Source of the DNA: Alphaproteobacteria bacterium
Lineage (GTDB): Bacteria; Pseudomonadota; Alphaproteobacteria; CACIAM-22H2
Direction of reading: 5' to 3'
NCBI GenBank assembly: GCA_035506575.1
Contig: DATJPD010000043.1
Location: 24,051 to 88,050, forward strand
Length of the DNA: 64,000 nt
Shown: in pieces, positions 1 through 12,970 of the stretch
Position numbering within the stretch: the first letter of the stretch is position 1
Layout of the letters: every line of letters starts with the position of its first letter
Notes under the pieces: model-generated
The model's database searches: none
Seen by the model: the letters and a program-made list of their open reading frames with translations, nothing else
Told to the model about the DNA's origin: nothing
Translations under genes and position numbers: made by a program

Positions 1-24
1 TTTCGGTGCGGCGCGATCGCCGGC

Positions 25-294
25 TCAGCGCCGGAGTTCGAGCCGGTCGATCAGCTTCTCGTAGCGGCCGGCGTTCTTGCCCTTGAGATACTCGAGCAAG
101 CGCCGCCGCTGGCCGACCATCATCAGGAGGCCACGGCGCGAATGGAAATCCTTGCTGTGGCTGCCGAGATGCTCGGTCAGGTTCTTGATCCGCTCGGACA
201 GAATGGCAACCTGCACTTCCGGTGAGCCGGTGTCGCCGTCCTTGGTGGCGAATTCCTTGATGAGCGCGTTCTTGCGCTCGGCCGAAATCGACAT
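25..294 (-). CDS. rpsO: 30S ribosomal protein S15
   Basis: 89 aa; the whole length reads as S15 ([15 protein letters not shown]...[20 protein letters not shown]); last gene of the nusA-infB operon. Confidence 0.95.
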   Translation of the reverse strand: MSISAERKNALIKEFATKDGDTGSPEVQVAILSERIKNLTEHLGSHSKDFHSRRGLLMMVGQRRRLLEYLKGKNAGRYEKLIDRLELRR

Positions 295-312
295 CGGGTA
301 CTCCTTTTCGAC

Positions 313-1257
313 TTAGAGGTTCAGGACGCGCAACGGCCGCAAGCGGGCGAGACCGGCTGCTTCCAGCTCGATCCTCGCGAGTGCCACCGGAAGGCCCGAC
401 GCGGTCGCAAGCACGACTTGGTCGGACCCGAGCTCATGTGCCCCACAATGTTCATGAGCTGCGCGCCGTATCTGCACGACCTGCCCCCGCCTGAGGCGGA
501 GGCTGTCGGCTTCGGTCACGGCCAGCGCCGGGATGTCGTCCAGCGCGGTCTCGACCGGCCGCAGATACGTAAAGCGGGCGGGACTATGCCCGAGGGAGAT
601 CAGGTTTTCCAGGGAAATTGCGTCGGCCTCGCGGAACGGGCCCACCGCCACCCGGCGCAGCGTCGCGACATAGCCGACGGTGCCCAAGGCCTCAGCTAAG
701 TCCCTGGCAAGACTGCGAATATAGGTGCCTTTGCCGCACATCGTCTCGAGCTCGGCGTGGTCGGAATCGGGCACGGACAGGAGGCTCAGACGGTCGATGC
801 GGACCCGGCGCGGGGCGAGTACCAGCGCCTCGCCCTGGCGCGCCCGCGCATAGGCACGCCGGCCCTCGACCTTGATCGCCGAGAAATCGGGGGGCACCTG
901 GTCGATGTCGCCGGTGAAGCGCGGCAGCATCGCCGCGATGGCGGCCGCCGTGGGGCGCGCGTCACTCGCCGCGACGACCGCCCCTTCGGCATCGTCGGTG
1001 GTGCGCCGCTCGCCCCAGCGCACGATGAAGCGATAGGTCTTGGCGCCGGCCATCGCAAAGCCGACGGTCTTCGTCGCCTCCCCCAAGGCGATCGGCAGGA
1101 CGCCGGTGGCGAGCGGGTCGAGCGTGCCGCCGTGTCCGGCCTTCGCGGCGTTGAACAGGCGCCGCACGGCGGTCACCGCGGCCGCCGAGGAGGTCCCTGC
1201 GGGCTTGTCCAGGACGAGCCAGCCGTCGACCTTGTCGCCCTTACGCCTCCGGGTCAT
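313..1257 (-). CDS. truB: tRNA pseudouridine(55) synthase
   Basis: 314 aa; TruB catalytic core GHGGTLDPLATGVLPIALGEATK; sits between rbfA and rpsO. Confidence 0.93.
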   Translation of the reverse strand: MTRRRKGDKVDGWLVLDKPAGTSSAAAVTAVRRLFNAAKAGHGGTLDPLATGVLPIALGEATKTVGFAMAGAKTYRFIVRWGERRTTDDAEGAVVAASDARPTAAAIAAMLPRFTGDIDQVPPDFSAIKVEGRRAYARARQGEALVLAPRRVRIDRLSLLSVPDSDHAELETMCGKGTYIRSLARDLAEALGTVGYVATLRRVAVGPFREADAISLENLISLGHSPARFTYLRPVETALDDIPALAVTEADSLRLRRGQVVQIRRAAHEHCGAHELGSDQVVLATASGLPVALARIELEAAGLARLRPLRVLNL

Positions 1258-1663
1258 CGCGGTCGGACTCGACGTCCCGGCGCACGGCCGGATCGCGCAA
1301 CGCCTCTTCGATGCGGTGCGCGTAGTCGAACGAGGTGTCGGGCGCGAAGCCCAGCTCGGGCGCCCGGCGCAGCTGCACCGCTTTCACGACCTGCGCGCGC
1401 AGGAACGGGGCCGCGCGGTTCAGCGCCTTGACCACGGCCGCGACGTCGCCGCCGCCGAGCGGCGTCACGAAGACGGTGGCGCGCATCAGATCGGGAGCGA
1501 CCCGGACCTCGCTGACGGTGATCGACTGGCCGGCCAGGGCCGGATCGCGCAGCTCGCCGCGCCCGAGGATCGAGGCCAGCGCATGACGAATCTCCTCGCC
1601 GACGCGCAAGGGGCGCGTCGAGGGCGTGCCGGGATTCTTGGCCGACGGTTTGCGCCTGGGCAT
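1241..1663 (-). CDS. rbfA: ribosome-binding factor A
   Basis: 140 aa; RbfA-like sequence RVGEEIRHALASIL...LMRATVFVTPLGG; immediately downstream of infB; 17 nt overlap with truB. Confidence 0.88.
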   Translation of the reverse strand: MPRRKPSAKNPGTPSTRPLRVGEEIRHALASILGRGELRDPALAGQSITVSEVRVAPDLMRATVFVTPLGGGDVAAVVKALNRAAPFLRAQVVKAVQLRRAPELGFAPDTSFDYAHRIEEALRDPAVRRDVESDRDDPEA

Positions 1664-1718
1664 GTTCTACCGCCTTCGTCCGTCTACTCAGCGGCGAGGT
1701 GCGCGCGCCTGGCTGCGA

Positions 1719-4346
<2,628 letters not shown>

Positions 4347-4370
4347 GCCTATCGGTACCGTCTGTATCTG

Positions 4371-5027
4371 TTACGAATCAAGTTCTGCCTGAGGCCGGGC
4401 CGGCTCGCGGAACCCCGACAGGCGCGCGAGGTCGGCCATGATCCGACCCGCAAGCGCCCCCGATGCCAACCCCACGTAGCTGACCGCATCGCCGCCGAAC
4501 GCCGCCCCCAGCTCATCGGACCGCAGCGCACCCGACACCGGCAGCGAAGTTCCGAGCTTCCGCCGGCCTTCGGACGACGCATCGGATGCCAAGACCAGCG
4601 CCCCGCACTTGCCCTGCCGCAGCCATTCGCGCACCCGCTCGAAGCCGCCCACCGCCTGGCCGGCGCGCCGCGCGAGGCCCAGCCCTTCGACGCACCGCCG
4701 CAGCAGGAGCTTTTCGACCTGGTCGGCAAGCCCTGGCTCGGCTTTCACCGCACGTTTTGCCGCCCGCGCGAATTTGCTGCCCGTGGCGGCCGCCACGACA
4801 TCGCGGCGCGCCAAGGTCCACAGGCCGCGGCCCGGCAGGCGCCCGTCGATATCCGGAACGATGGCGCCATCGGGCGACACGACGAACCGCACGAGCTCCG
4901 CCCGCGGGCGCTCCTCGCCGGTGACGACGCAACGCCGCCGCGGTCCGGTCGCCGTGGCGTCCGTCTCGTCCTGCGCCGGCCCGTCCTGCACCGGGCCCTG
5001 CGCCTGCGATGGCAGCGCCAAGGTCAT
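4371..5027 (-). CDS. YlxR(DUF448)/L7Ae-like RNA-binding protein of the nusA-infB operon
   Basis: 218 aa; [20 protein letters not shown]...LPGRGLWT matches the YlxR fold; C-terminal half looks L7Ae-like; position between nusA and infB is conserved. Confidence 0.75.
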   Translation of the reverse strand: MTLALPSQAQGPVQDGPAQDETDATATGPRRRCVVTGEERPRAELVRFVVSPDGAIVPDIDGRLPGRGLWTLARRDVVAAATGSKFARAAKRAVKAEPGLADQVEKLLLRRCVEGLGLARRAGQAVGGFERVREWLRQGKCGALVLASDASSEGRRKLGTSLPVSGALRSDELGAAFGGDAVSYVGLASGALAGRIMADLARLSGFREPARPQAELDS

Positions 5028-6631
5028 GCCGTCTTGGCCTCGCTCGACCCTTGGGCCGCGTCCGAGCCTTGGGCCGGCTCGCCGTCCTGGAACCAGTGCG
5101 CGCGGGCAGCCATGATGATCGCGTTCGCCTGGGCCTCGTCGAGCGCGTCCTTGCCGACGATCTCCATGAGCTCGTCGCTCGCCAGGTCGCCCACGTCATC
5201 GAGCGTCTTCACGCCCTTCTCGCCGAGCTTCACCAGCATCGCCGGCGAGAAGCCCTCGAGGCTCGAAACCTCCTCGCTGACGCCGAGCTCGTGATAGCGC
5301 TCGGTCAGGCGCTTGTTCTGCGCCTCGATCCAGATCTCGGCGCGGCTCTTGAGCTCACCCGCGACGGTCTCGTCGAACCCCTCGATGCCGGCCAGCTCGT
5401 CGACCGGGACCAGGGCCACGTCCTCGACCTTGGTGAAGCCCTCGGTCACGAGGAGCCCCGCGATCACGTCGTCGACGTCGAGCGCTTCCACGAACAGCGC
5501 CGAACGGGACTTGAACTCCTCCTGGCGGCGCTCGGATTCCTCGGCCTCGGTCAGGATGTCGATCGCCCAGCCGGTGAGCAGCGAGGCCAGGCGCACGTTC
5601 TGGCCGCGGCGGCCGATCGCCAGCGACAGCTGGTCATCGGGCACCACCACCTCGATGCGGCGCGCCTCTTCGTCGAGCACGACCTTCGTCACCTCGGCCG
5701 GCGCCAGCGCGTTGACGACGAAGGTGGCGGGGTCGGGCGACCACGGAATGATGTCGATCTTCTCGCCCTGCAACTCGGCCACGACCGCCTGCACGCGCGA
5801 GCCGCGCATGCCGACACAGGCGCCGACCGGATCGATCGAGGAATCGTTCGAGATCACCGCGATCTTGGCGCGGCTGCCCGGGTCGCGCGCCACGGCCTTG
5901 ATCTCGATGATGCCGTCGTAGATCTCCGGCACTTCCTGGGCGAACAGCTTCGCCATGAACTGCGGATGGGTGCGCGACAGGAAGATCTGGGGCCCCCTCG
6001 TCTCCTCGCGCACGTCGTAGATATAGGCGCGCACGCGCTCGGACGGCTTGAACAGCTCGCGCGGGATGCACTCGTCGCGGCGGAGGATCGCCTCGGCGCG
6101 GCCGAGGTCGACCGTGACGTTGCCGAATTCGACGCGCTTGACGAGGCCGTTGACGATCTCTCCCACGCGGTCCTTGTACTCGTTGAACTGCCGCTTGCGC
6201 TCGGCCTCGCGCACGCGCTGCACGATCACCTGCTTGGCGGTCTGGGCCGCGATAAGGCCGAAAAAGATCGGCGGCAGCGGGTCGATGATGAAGTCGCCGA
6301 GCTTGGCGTCGGGATTCTTGGCCTGTGCGTCGGCCAGCGGGATCTGAGTCGCCTCGTTCTCCACCGGATCGGCGGCCTGGCGGTAGCGCAAGAGCTGGAT
6401 CTCGCCGTTCTCGCGGTCGATATGCGCGCGGATGTCGTGCTCGTGGCCGTATTTGGCGCGGCCGGCCTTCTGGATCGCCTGCTCCATCGCCTCGAGGACT
6501 TCCTCGCGCTCGATGCTCTTCTCGCGCGCCACCGCGTCGGCGACCTGGAGCATCTCGATCTTGTTGTAGGCCGTCAGGCGCTCGAGCTTCGGCTCGGCCT
6601 CGGGCTTGGTCTTGCGGCTCGTCTTTGCCAT
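5024..6631 (-). CDS. nusA: transcription termination/antitermination factor NusA
   Basis: NusA N-terminal domain, S1 and KH motifs ([26 protein letters not shown]...); the ORF stays open up to 6739, but I place the start at the first in-frame ATG (MAKTSRK, A at 6631); it could be an internal non-ATG codon. Confidence 0.9.
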   Translation of the reverse strand: MAKTSRKTKPEAEPKLERLTAYNKIEMLQVADAVAREKSIEREEVLEAMEQAIQKAGRAKYGHEHDIRAHIDRENGEIQLLRYRQAADPVENEATQIPLADAQAKNPDAKLGDFIIDPLPPIFFGLIAAQTAKQVIVQRVREAERKRQFNEYKDRVGEIVNGLVKRVEFGNVTVDLGRAEAILRRDECIPRELFKPSERVRAYIYDVREETRGPQIFLSRTHPQFMAKLFAQEVPEIYDGIIEIKAVARDPGSRAKIAVISNDSSIDPVGACVGMRGSRVQAVVAELQGEKIDIIPWSPDPATFVVNALAPAEVTKVVLDEEARRIEVVVPDDQLSLAIGRRGQNVRLASLLTGWAIDILTEAEESERRQEEFKSRSALFVEALDVDDVIAGLLVTEGFTKVEDVALVPVDELAGIEGFDETVAGELKSRAEIWIEAQNKRLTERYHELGVSEEVSSLEGFSPAMLVKLGEKGVKTLDDVGDLASDELMEIVGKDALDEAQANAIIMAARAHWFQDGEPAQGSDAAQGSSEAKTA

Positions 6632-6641
6632 GGCTTCTACC

Positions 6642-7136
6642 TTAGTTACGGCCGTTTCGCGCCGCGATGAGCTCGTCGGTGAGCTTGAGCTTCGCGCGCG
6701 CGATGTCGGCGATGGGAATTTCGATTTCGGAGGGCGCATCGCCCTCTTCGAGCGTGATGCGGACGTGGCTGTCGGTCGCGGCGGTGATGCGACCCGAGAA
6801 GCGGCGGCGGCCCTCGACCGGCACCCGCGTCTCCAGCTTGGCCACGTGTCCGAAGAACCGCCGGTAATCCTTCGGCCGCACCAGCGGCCTGTCGATGCCG
6901 GGCGAGCTCACCTCGAGCACGTAAGAGGAGGCGATCGGGTCCTCGACGTCGAGCTTGGCCGAGAGCGCGCGGCTGATCGCCTCGCAATCCTCGACGGTCA
7001 TGGGCTGGTCGTCGTGGCGCTCGGCCATCACCTGCAGGGTCGCGCGCGGACCGCCGCTCAGGCGCACGCGCACCAGCGCGTACCCCATGGGGTCGAGCGT
7101 CGGCTCGATCAGGTTGGCAAGTCCCGTCTGGTCCAT
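6642..7136 (-). CDS. rimP: ribosome maturation factor RimP
   Basis: 164 aa; RimP-like (LIEPTLDPMGYALVRV...YVLEVSSPGIDRPL); immediately upstream of nusA. Confidence 0.9.
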   Translation of the reverse strand: MDQTGLANLIEPTLDPMGYALVRVRLSGGPRATLQVMAERHDDQPMTVEDCEAISRALSAKLDVEDPIASSYVLEVSSPGIDRPLVRPKDYRRFFGHVAKLETRVPVEGRRRFSGRITAATDSHVRITLEEGDAPSEIEIPIADIARAKLKLTDELIAARNGRN

Positions 7137-7199
7137 CGGCGACCGCTACTCTCCACACCGCTCGTTCTGAAAGGCCCATCCCCGGTCTTTGCGCCCGGG

Positions 7200-7235
7200 G
7201 CAAAAAAAAGTGGGCCGTTCGGCCCACTTTTTATT
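7200..7235. terminator. bidirectional intrinsic terminator (caaaaaaaaGTGGGCCGttcgGCCCACtttttatt)
   Basis: perfect 8 bp GC stem with A8 on one side and T5 on the other; on the minus strand it reads hairpin+U8, directly after the trmB stop. Confidence 0.65.
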
Positions 7236-7316
7236 ACCGGTCCAGCCTATTAACTGAACCGCTATGTTGACCTGGAATATAGCCAAACCGCGCCGGAATT
7301 CAAGCTGTTTGCGGAC

Positions 7317-8012
7317 TTACGGGGCGCAGGACACGCTGAAATAAAGCGGCGCCCGGCCCTGCTCCAGCGCCTTAGTCTCGTACCGCGTGGGAATCCAGTC
7401 GGCCGGCCGGTGTCGCGGATCGGCGCCGGGCACGGGCGCAAAGCGAGGATGGGCGGCCAACTGCTCGCCCACCCAGGCGGCATAGTCCCCATCGTCGGTC
7501 GCAACGCGAAGGTCCGCCCCCGGGCTCATGACGCGGGCAAGCTCGTCGAGAAACGGTGCCGCGACGAGGCGGCGCTTGTGATGACGCGCCTTCGGCCACG
7601 GATCGGGGAACAGGACGAACACGCGCGCGATCGACCGCGGCGCCAATGACGGCAAGAGAAGCCGGATGTCGGCGGGCCACAGGCGCAGATTTTCGAGCCG
7701 CGCCGCGCGGACCCGCGCCAGAAGCCCGGCGATGCCGTTGATGTAGGTTTCGGCGCCGATGAAGCCGGTCGAGCGATGCGCCTCGGCTTGTGCCGCCAGG
7801 TGCTCGCCCGCGCCGAAGCCCACCTCGAGCCACACCGCGTCCGTCGGACCCACGAACAGGCGGCGCGGATCGAGCGTCTCTCCCGCCGCCGGTGCCGGGA
7901 TCGCCAGGGCCGGCAGGAGATCCTCGATCAGGGCCGCCCGTCCGCCGCGCAACGGCCGCCCGCGCCGCCGCCCATAGCTTTGAATAAGGCGGCGCCGCGG
8001 TGGGGTATCCAT
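7317..8012 (-). CDS. trmB: tRNA (guanine-N7)-methyltransferase
   Basis: TrmB motifs LEVGFGAGEHL...VFVLFPDPWPKARHHKRRL; I trimmed the start to MDTPPRRR (A at 8012), because the longer 287 aa ORF would run into metK. Confidence 0.85.
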   Translation of the reverse strand: MDTPPRRRLIQSYGRRRGRPLRGGRAALIEDLLPALAIPAPAAGETLDPRRLFVGPTDAVWLEVGFGAGEHLAAQAEAHRSTGFIGAETYINGIAGLLARVRAARLENLRLWPADIRLLLPSLAPRSIARVFVLFPDPWPKARHHKRRLVAAPFLDELARVMSPGADLRVATDDGDYAAWVGEQLAAHPRFAPVPGADPRHRPADWIPTRYETKALEQGRAPLYFSVSCAP

Positions 8013-8097
8013 GAGGCTCAGTGTAGCGCAAGCGCGAAACGACGAGGGGCCCGGCGACGGTCGTCGCCGGGCCCTTCGATGCTGCCGACGGACGTTC

Positions 8098-9288
8098 TTA
8101 GGCGAAGGCCGACTTGAGGTCGCTGACGAGGTCGGTCTTTTCCCAGGAGAATCCGCCGTCCTTTTCCGCGGCGCGGCCAAAATGGCCGTAGGCGGAGGTG
8201 CGGGCGTAGATCGGCTTGTTGAGGCCGAGATGCTCGCGGATGCCGCGGGGGCTGAGGTTCACGAGCTCCTGCAGGGTCTTGGACAGGCGCTCCTCGTCGA
8301 CCTTGCCGGTCCCTTGCGTGTCCACATAGACCGACAGCGGCCGCGACACGCCGATCGCGTAGGCGAGCTGGATCGTGCAGCGGTCGGCAAGGCCGGCCGC
8401 CACCACGTTCTTGGCGAGATAACGGGCCGCATAGGCGGCCGAGCGGTCGACCTTGGTCGGATCCTTGCCCGAGAAGGCGCCGCCGCCGTGCGGGGCCGCA
8501 CCGCCGTAGGTGTCGACGATGATCTTGCGGCCGGTCAGGCCGCAATCGCCGTCCGGGCCGCCGACGATGAACTGGCCGGTCGGGTTCACGTAGAAATGCT
8601 CTTCGTCGCACATCCAGCCCTCGGGCAGGACCTTCAGCACGTACGGCCGCACGATCTCGCGCACGTCGTCCTGGTCGACCTTGGCGCTGTGCTGGGTCGA
8701 GACGACGATCGCCGTCGCCCGCACCGGCTTGCCGTTGACGTATTGCAGGGTCACCTGGCTCTTGGCGTCCGGCTCCAGGTACTTCTCCTTACCGGAATGC
8801 CTCGCCTCGGCCATCAGGCGCAGGATGTTGTGCGAATACTGCAGCGGCGCCGGCATCAGCTCGGGCGTCTCGTTGCAGGCATAGCCGAACATGATGCCCT
8901 GGTCGCCCGCACCCTCGTCCTTGTTGCCCTTGGCATCCACGCCCATGGCGATGTCGGGCGACTGCGAATGGAGATGGCAGGCGAACTTCGCCGTCTTCCA
9001 GTGGAAGCCCTTCTGCTGGTAGCCGATGTCCTTGATCGCCTTGCGCACCGCCTGCTCGATCTTGGCGGCCTTGACCTTCCCCGACTTCTCCACCAGCGCC
9101 TTCGGCCCGCGCACCTCGCCCGCCAGCACGATGCGCTGGGTGGTCACCATCGTCTCGCAGGCCACGCGCGCATAAGGATCGGCGCCAAGGAACATGTCGA
9201 CGACCGTATCGGAGATACGGTCCGCCACCTTGTCCGGATGCCCTTCGGACACCGACTCGCTCGTGAACACGAAATTGCCCTGGCGCAC
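8098..9288 (-). CDS. metK: S-adenosylmethionine synthetase
   Basis: 396 aa; MetK signature [12 protein letters not shown]...[19 protein letters not shown]; GTG start at 9288 with a GGAGGA Shine-Dalgarno 6 nt upstream. Confidence 0.97.
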   Translation of the reverse strand: MRQGNFVFTSESVSEGHPDKVADRISDTVVDMFLGADPYARVACETMVTTQRIVLAGEVRGPKALVEKSGKVKAAKIEQAVRKAIKDIGYQQKGFHWKTAKFACHLHSQSPDIAMGVDAKGNKDEGAGDQGIMFGYACNETPELMPAPLQYSHNILRLMAEARHSGKEKYLEPDAKSQVTLQYVNGKPVRATAIVVSTQHSAKVDQDDVREIVRPYVLKVLPEGWMCDEEHFYVNPTGQFIVGGPDGDCGLTGRKIIVDTYGGAAPHGGGAFSGKDPTKVDRSAAYAARYLAKNVVAAGLADRCTIQLAYAIGVSRPLSVYVDTQGTGKVDEERLSKTLQELVNLSPRGIREHLGLNKPIYARTSAYGHFGRAAEKDGGFSWEKTDLVSDLKSAFA

Positions 9289-9504
9289 GGTCTATCCTCC
9301 GCGAATGTCGTTGTTGGAGCCTGCTGGCTCGGGCGACGACGGTGAGAGATCATTTGGTGGCGGCGCGGCGGAAGCACCGATGTCGCGCCCGGCGCCACAG
9401 CGTCACCCATGCCAAAATTGGCGCGCACCTTGTGGCAAGCTTTCGGAAGCCCGTCAACAGCCGTAGTGCCCACGTCGCACATGGGTCCGAGCCCACGCCC
9501 GGGT

Positions 9505-10002
9505 TTAGCGGGATTTACGCTCCGCGACGGTCCCAACCGCCGCCGCCGCCAGCGCCTTCGTCATCTCGAACAGCCGCTTACGGACCTTGGCGTCGGTAAT
9601 TTTGTAATAGGCCCGGACCAGCTCCAGCGTTTCGCGCTTGGTCATCGGGTCGGCACCGGCACCCGCGTTGGGGGCCTCGGTTGCGATGCCGAACGCATGC
9701 TGCCGTCCGCGGGCGGCGACGTCGGATCCCATCTCCTCGAAGAAATACGAGACCGGCACGTCGAGCACGCGGGCCAGCTCGAACATGCGCGAGGAGCCGA
9801 CGCGATTGGTCCCGCGCTCGTATTTCTGCACCTGCTGGAACGTCAAGCCGATCGCCTCGCCGAGCTTCTGCTGGCTCATGCCCAGGAGCGTGCGGCGGAG
9901 GCGGATGCGCGCGCCGACATGGATATCGATGGGGTTCGGCTTGCCGGTCGGGGACCGGCCGCGGCCGCGGCCGCGGCCGCGGATTGCTGTTGTCGTCGCC
10001 AT
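9505..10002 (-). CDS. XRE-family helix-turn-helix transcriptional regulator
   Basis: HTH_XRE motif LGMSQQKLGEAIGLTFQQVQKYERGTNRVGSSRMFELARVL; RG-repeat N-terminus; start taken at MATTTAIRG; located upstream of metK. Confidence 0.8.
   Translation of the reverse strand: MATTTAIRGRGRGRGRSPTGKPNPIDIHVGARIRLRRTLLGMSQQKLGEAIGLTFQQVQKYERGTNRVGSSRMFELARVLDVPVSYFFEEMGSDVAARGRQHAFGIATEAPNAGAGADPMTKRETLELVRAYYKITDAKVRKRLFEMTKALAAAAVGTVAERKSR
9949..9990. repeat. hexanucleotide (GCGGCC)n microsatellite encoding a GRGRGRGR tract
   Basis: ccggccgcggccgcggccgcggccgcgg, seen directly in the sequence inside the XRE regulator N-terminus. Confidence 0.7.
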
Positions 10003-10395
10003 TGCACCTCCTCGGAGATTTCGCCGTGCCAGCGTCATCTGTCCAAACGCCGGGCGAACAGGAGACGGAGCGTCAGGCCGGATATGAACTCCCCGATCTG
10101 CAATTCCTGCCGCGGACGTCCCGCCATGGGACAGCCGGGCGACGAATGCAGTGGCAGCAGACTCATTCGCAAGGCTCTCGTTCCTTATTCACACCACTGA
10201 CCTATTCAAACCACCGACGCCCGGCGGGCTGGATGCGTCGTTGCGTTGCCGGCCACGCCGGAGCATTCCGAGCGGCGCCAATAGACCATTTGGTCAAACC
10301 CACAGTGGCACAACTCGGTCTGGTTGAAAATGTCGGGAACGCATATAGCTCGTCAACCGCATAAAAGCGACTATTAAAGACTTAAATTTAGGTCA

Positions 10396-11322
10396 TTAAG
10401 AGGCCGTAGGTTTGCGCTGAATGGCCTGAAATTCGGCCTTGATGCGGTCGACAAAGGCGAGGGCCGCGACCGAGAGCTTGCGGCCGCGGCGCACGCTGCA
10501 CCAGAGCCTCTGCGGCTTGACGACCGAATCGCGAATGCGGACGAACGCAACGTCAGGCCCGCGCTCCTCGCGCAGCGGCACGAGGTACTCGTTCACGATG
10601 GCAAGCCCGAGGCCGACCTGTGCTGCACTGCGCATCAGCTCATACGAGTCGGTGGTGAGCACGATCTTGGGTTTGCCGCGAAGCTTGGAAAAGACGCGGT
10701 CGTAGACGTCACGCGCGCCGCTGATCCCATAGTCAGGCACGATGAGCGGGTAGTCCGCGATTTCCGCGAGACGCACCCAGCTCCGCGTGGCGAGCGGATG
10801 GCCGGCGCTCATCATGAGGTACCGCGCGCGTTCGAGCGAGGCCATGACCTCCATCGTGACCGGAAGATTGGCGTGATACAGCAGGGCTATCTCGATCTCG
10901 TCGGCGAGCGCCATCTCGATCGTGCGCGAGGTGGCGGCGACCAGCACGCGAAATGATATACGCGGGTATGCGGCGTGGAAGCGGGAGAGAAACTGCGGCA
11001 GGAACTCGCGGCTGAAGGTCTCGGGCACGCCCAGCACGATGTTGCCGGCGCGCAGGCCGCGAAGAGCTTCGATCTCGTAGCGGGCGCGCTCGACCTCGTC
11101 CATCGCGGCCCGGCCGTAGCGGACGAGGACCTGCCCGGCCGCCGTCAGCCGCAGCCGGCTGCGCCCACGGCTCCGCTCGAACAGCGGCGCATGCAGATCC
11201 GCCTCGAGCAGAGAGATCTGCCGGTTGACCGCCGAGGCCGCGACACGCAGGGAATCGGCGGCGCGGCGGAACGAGCCGGCCTCGGCGACTTCGAGGAAGT
11301 AGCGGAGGGCGTTCGGGTTCAT
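10396..11322 (-). CDS. LysR-family transcriptional regulator
   Basis: 308 aa; N-terminal LysR HTH (LRYFLEVAEAGSFRRAADSLRVAASAVNRQISLLE) plus a substrate-binding domain. Confidence 0.9.
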   Translation of the reverse strand: MNPNALRYFLEVAEAGSFRRAADSLRVAASAVNRQISLLEADLHAPLFERSRGRSRLRLTAAGQVLVRYGRAAMDEVERARYEIEALRGLRAGNIVLGVPETFSREFLPQFLSRFHAAYPRISFRVLVAATSRTIEMALADEIEIALLYHANLPVTMEVMASLERARYLMMSAGHPLATRSWVRLAEIADYPLIVPDYGISGARDVYDRVFSKLRGKPKIVLTTDSYELMRSAAQVGLGLAIVNEYLVPLREERGPDVAFVRIRDSVVKPQRLWCSVRRGRKLSVAALAFVDRIKAEFQAIQRKPTAS

Positions 11323-11352
11323 GGCGGACGGGCGGGGCTGCCGGAGTACGGC

Positions 11353-12969
11353 TCAGCCGTCGCGCGGAAGCAAGCCGGCCGCAGCCAGGAGCACGAGGGC
11401 CAGAGCCAGCACGGTCCAGTCGCCCCATCGCGCATAGGTCGTCGGCGGCAGCGCCTGCGGCAGCGGTGCATCGAGCACGCCGGTCTCGCCCAAGCCGAGC
11501 TCCGACACGATGCGGCCATAGCCGTCGATCACAGCCGAGATCCCGTCATTGGTCGCGCGAACCAGCGGCAGTCCCTGCTCGACCGTGCGAAAGCGGGCCG
11601 AGGCAAAATGCTGATGCGGTCCGGCCGAGAGGCCGAACCATGCGTCGTTGCTGACGTTGAGCAACCACGCCGGCCGGTGCGCCGGATCGACGACCTGTTC
11701 GGGGAAAATCGCCTCGTAGCAGATGAGCGGGCTGAACGGCGGAAGTCCCGGGACGTCGAGCGTCTGCGGGCCCGGGCCGGAGGAGAAGTCGACCGCCCCG
11801 GCGGCGACCTTGGCGAAGCTGAAGACCTGGGGAAACGGCACGTACTCGCCGAACGGCACGAGGTGGTGCTTGTCGTAGCTGTCGAGGATGTGCCCTTCGG
11901 AATCGAGCGCGAACAGGCTGTTCCAGATCGAAAAGACCCCCCGCGTCGAGCGCTCGGCGCGCAACGCACCGGTGATCATGAGGCCGTGCGGCGGAATCAC
12001 CTGGGCGAGTGCGGCGCGCAACGCCGCCCCGTCCTGGCTGAAATCCGTCAGCACGAACGGCACCGCCGTCTCGGCCCAGATGATGTCCGTCCGCGAGTCG
12101 AATCCCGGGGAGCGGGTCAGCTCCAGGCTCTTGCGGAAATTGGCGAGGCGCGCGTTCGGATCCCACTTGAGGCTTTGCGGAACGTTCGGCTGTACGAGGC
12201 GGAGCTGCACCCCGGGCACCATGGCGGATCCGGCGCCGGCCAGCCGTGCCGCACCGTATGCCCATCCGGCAACGACCAACGCCACGGCGGCAAGTGGGCC
12301 GGCCCAGCGGGCAAGCCCGGTGCGCGAGGCCGCGACCGTCGCGGGCAGGGCTGCAGCGAGGACCGTGAGCGTGCTGAGACCGTAGAGCCCGACGAGGGCT
12401 GCCGCCTGCATCATCGTTGGACCGCCCGCCCAGACTGATCCGATCAGGTTCCAGGGGAACCCGGTGAGCACGTGGCCGCGCAGCCACTCGACGGCGGTCC
12501 ACGCGACCGCGAACACCAGGATGCCGGCAAGCCCGCGCCGGCCGCTCCGGTGATGCACGGCCGCAGCTGCCGCGGGAAACAGCGCCAGACCTCCGGCCAG
12601 GCCGAACAGCGCGAACGGCACCATCCAGCCGAACTGCGCCGCATCGATCAGGAGCGCATTGGCAAGCCAGTAGAAGCCGGCGAAGAAATGGCCGAACCCG
12701 AACCACCAACCGACCAGGAGGGCCGTCCGCGTCGCGGGCCAGCCGCCGCGCGGCACCGCCTCGAGAAGCCATATAAGCCCGGTGAACGCCACGAACACGA
12801 AGGGCACGGCATAGACCGGCGGCAAGGCCGCGGTCGCGCACAGGCCGAGGGCGAAGGCGAGCGCTGCCCGTCGCCAGCCGGTGAGCCGGGTCGCGCGGCC
12901 GCGCAACTGGAGCGCCCGGTCGGCGACCAGGTCGAACACGCCCGGAAACAGCGCGCCCCGCCCGTTCAT
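11353..12969 (-). CDS. lnt: apolipoprotein N-acyltransferase
   Basis: 538 aa; multi-TM N-terminus plus CN-hydrolase domain (LVQPNVPQSLKWDP...ICYEAIFPE...NVSNDAWFG). Confidence 0.9.
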   Translation of the reverse strand: MNGRGALFPGVFDLVADRALQLRGRATRLTGWRRAALAFALGLCATAALPPVYAVPFVFVAFTGLIWLLEAVPRGGWPATRTALLVGWWFGFGHFFAGFYWLANALLIDAAQFGWMVPFALFGLAGGLALFPAAAAAVHHRSGRRGLAGILVFAVAWTAVEWLRGHVLTGFPWNLIGSVWAGGPTMMQAAALVGLYGLSTLTVLAAALPATVAASRTGLARWAGPLAAVALVVAGWAYGAARLAGAGSAMVPGVQLRLVQPNVPQSLKWDPNARLANFRKSLELTRSPGFDSRTDIIWAETAVPFVLTDFSQDGAALRAALAQVIPPHGLMITGALRAERSTRGVFSIWNSLFALDSEGHILDSYDKHHLVPFGEYVPFPQVFSFAKVAAGAVDFSSGPGPQTLDVPGLPPFSPLICYEAIFPEQVVDPAHRPAWLLNVSNDAWFGLSAGPHQHFASARFRTVEQGLPLVRATNDGISAVIDGYGRIVSELGLGETGVLDAPLPQALPPTTYARWGDWTVLALALVLLAAAGLLPRDG

Positions 12970-12970
12970 G

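Noticed and set aside
9289-9504. SAM-II riboswitch upstream of metK
   Set aside because: There is no U-rich tract or AAAGCU strand pairing over the Shine-Dalgarno, and no recognisable pseudoknot. It is kept only as an unexplained long leader.
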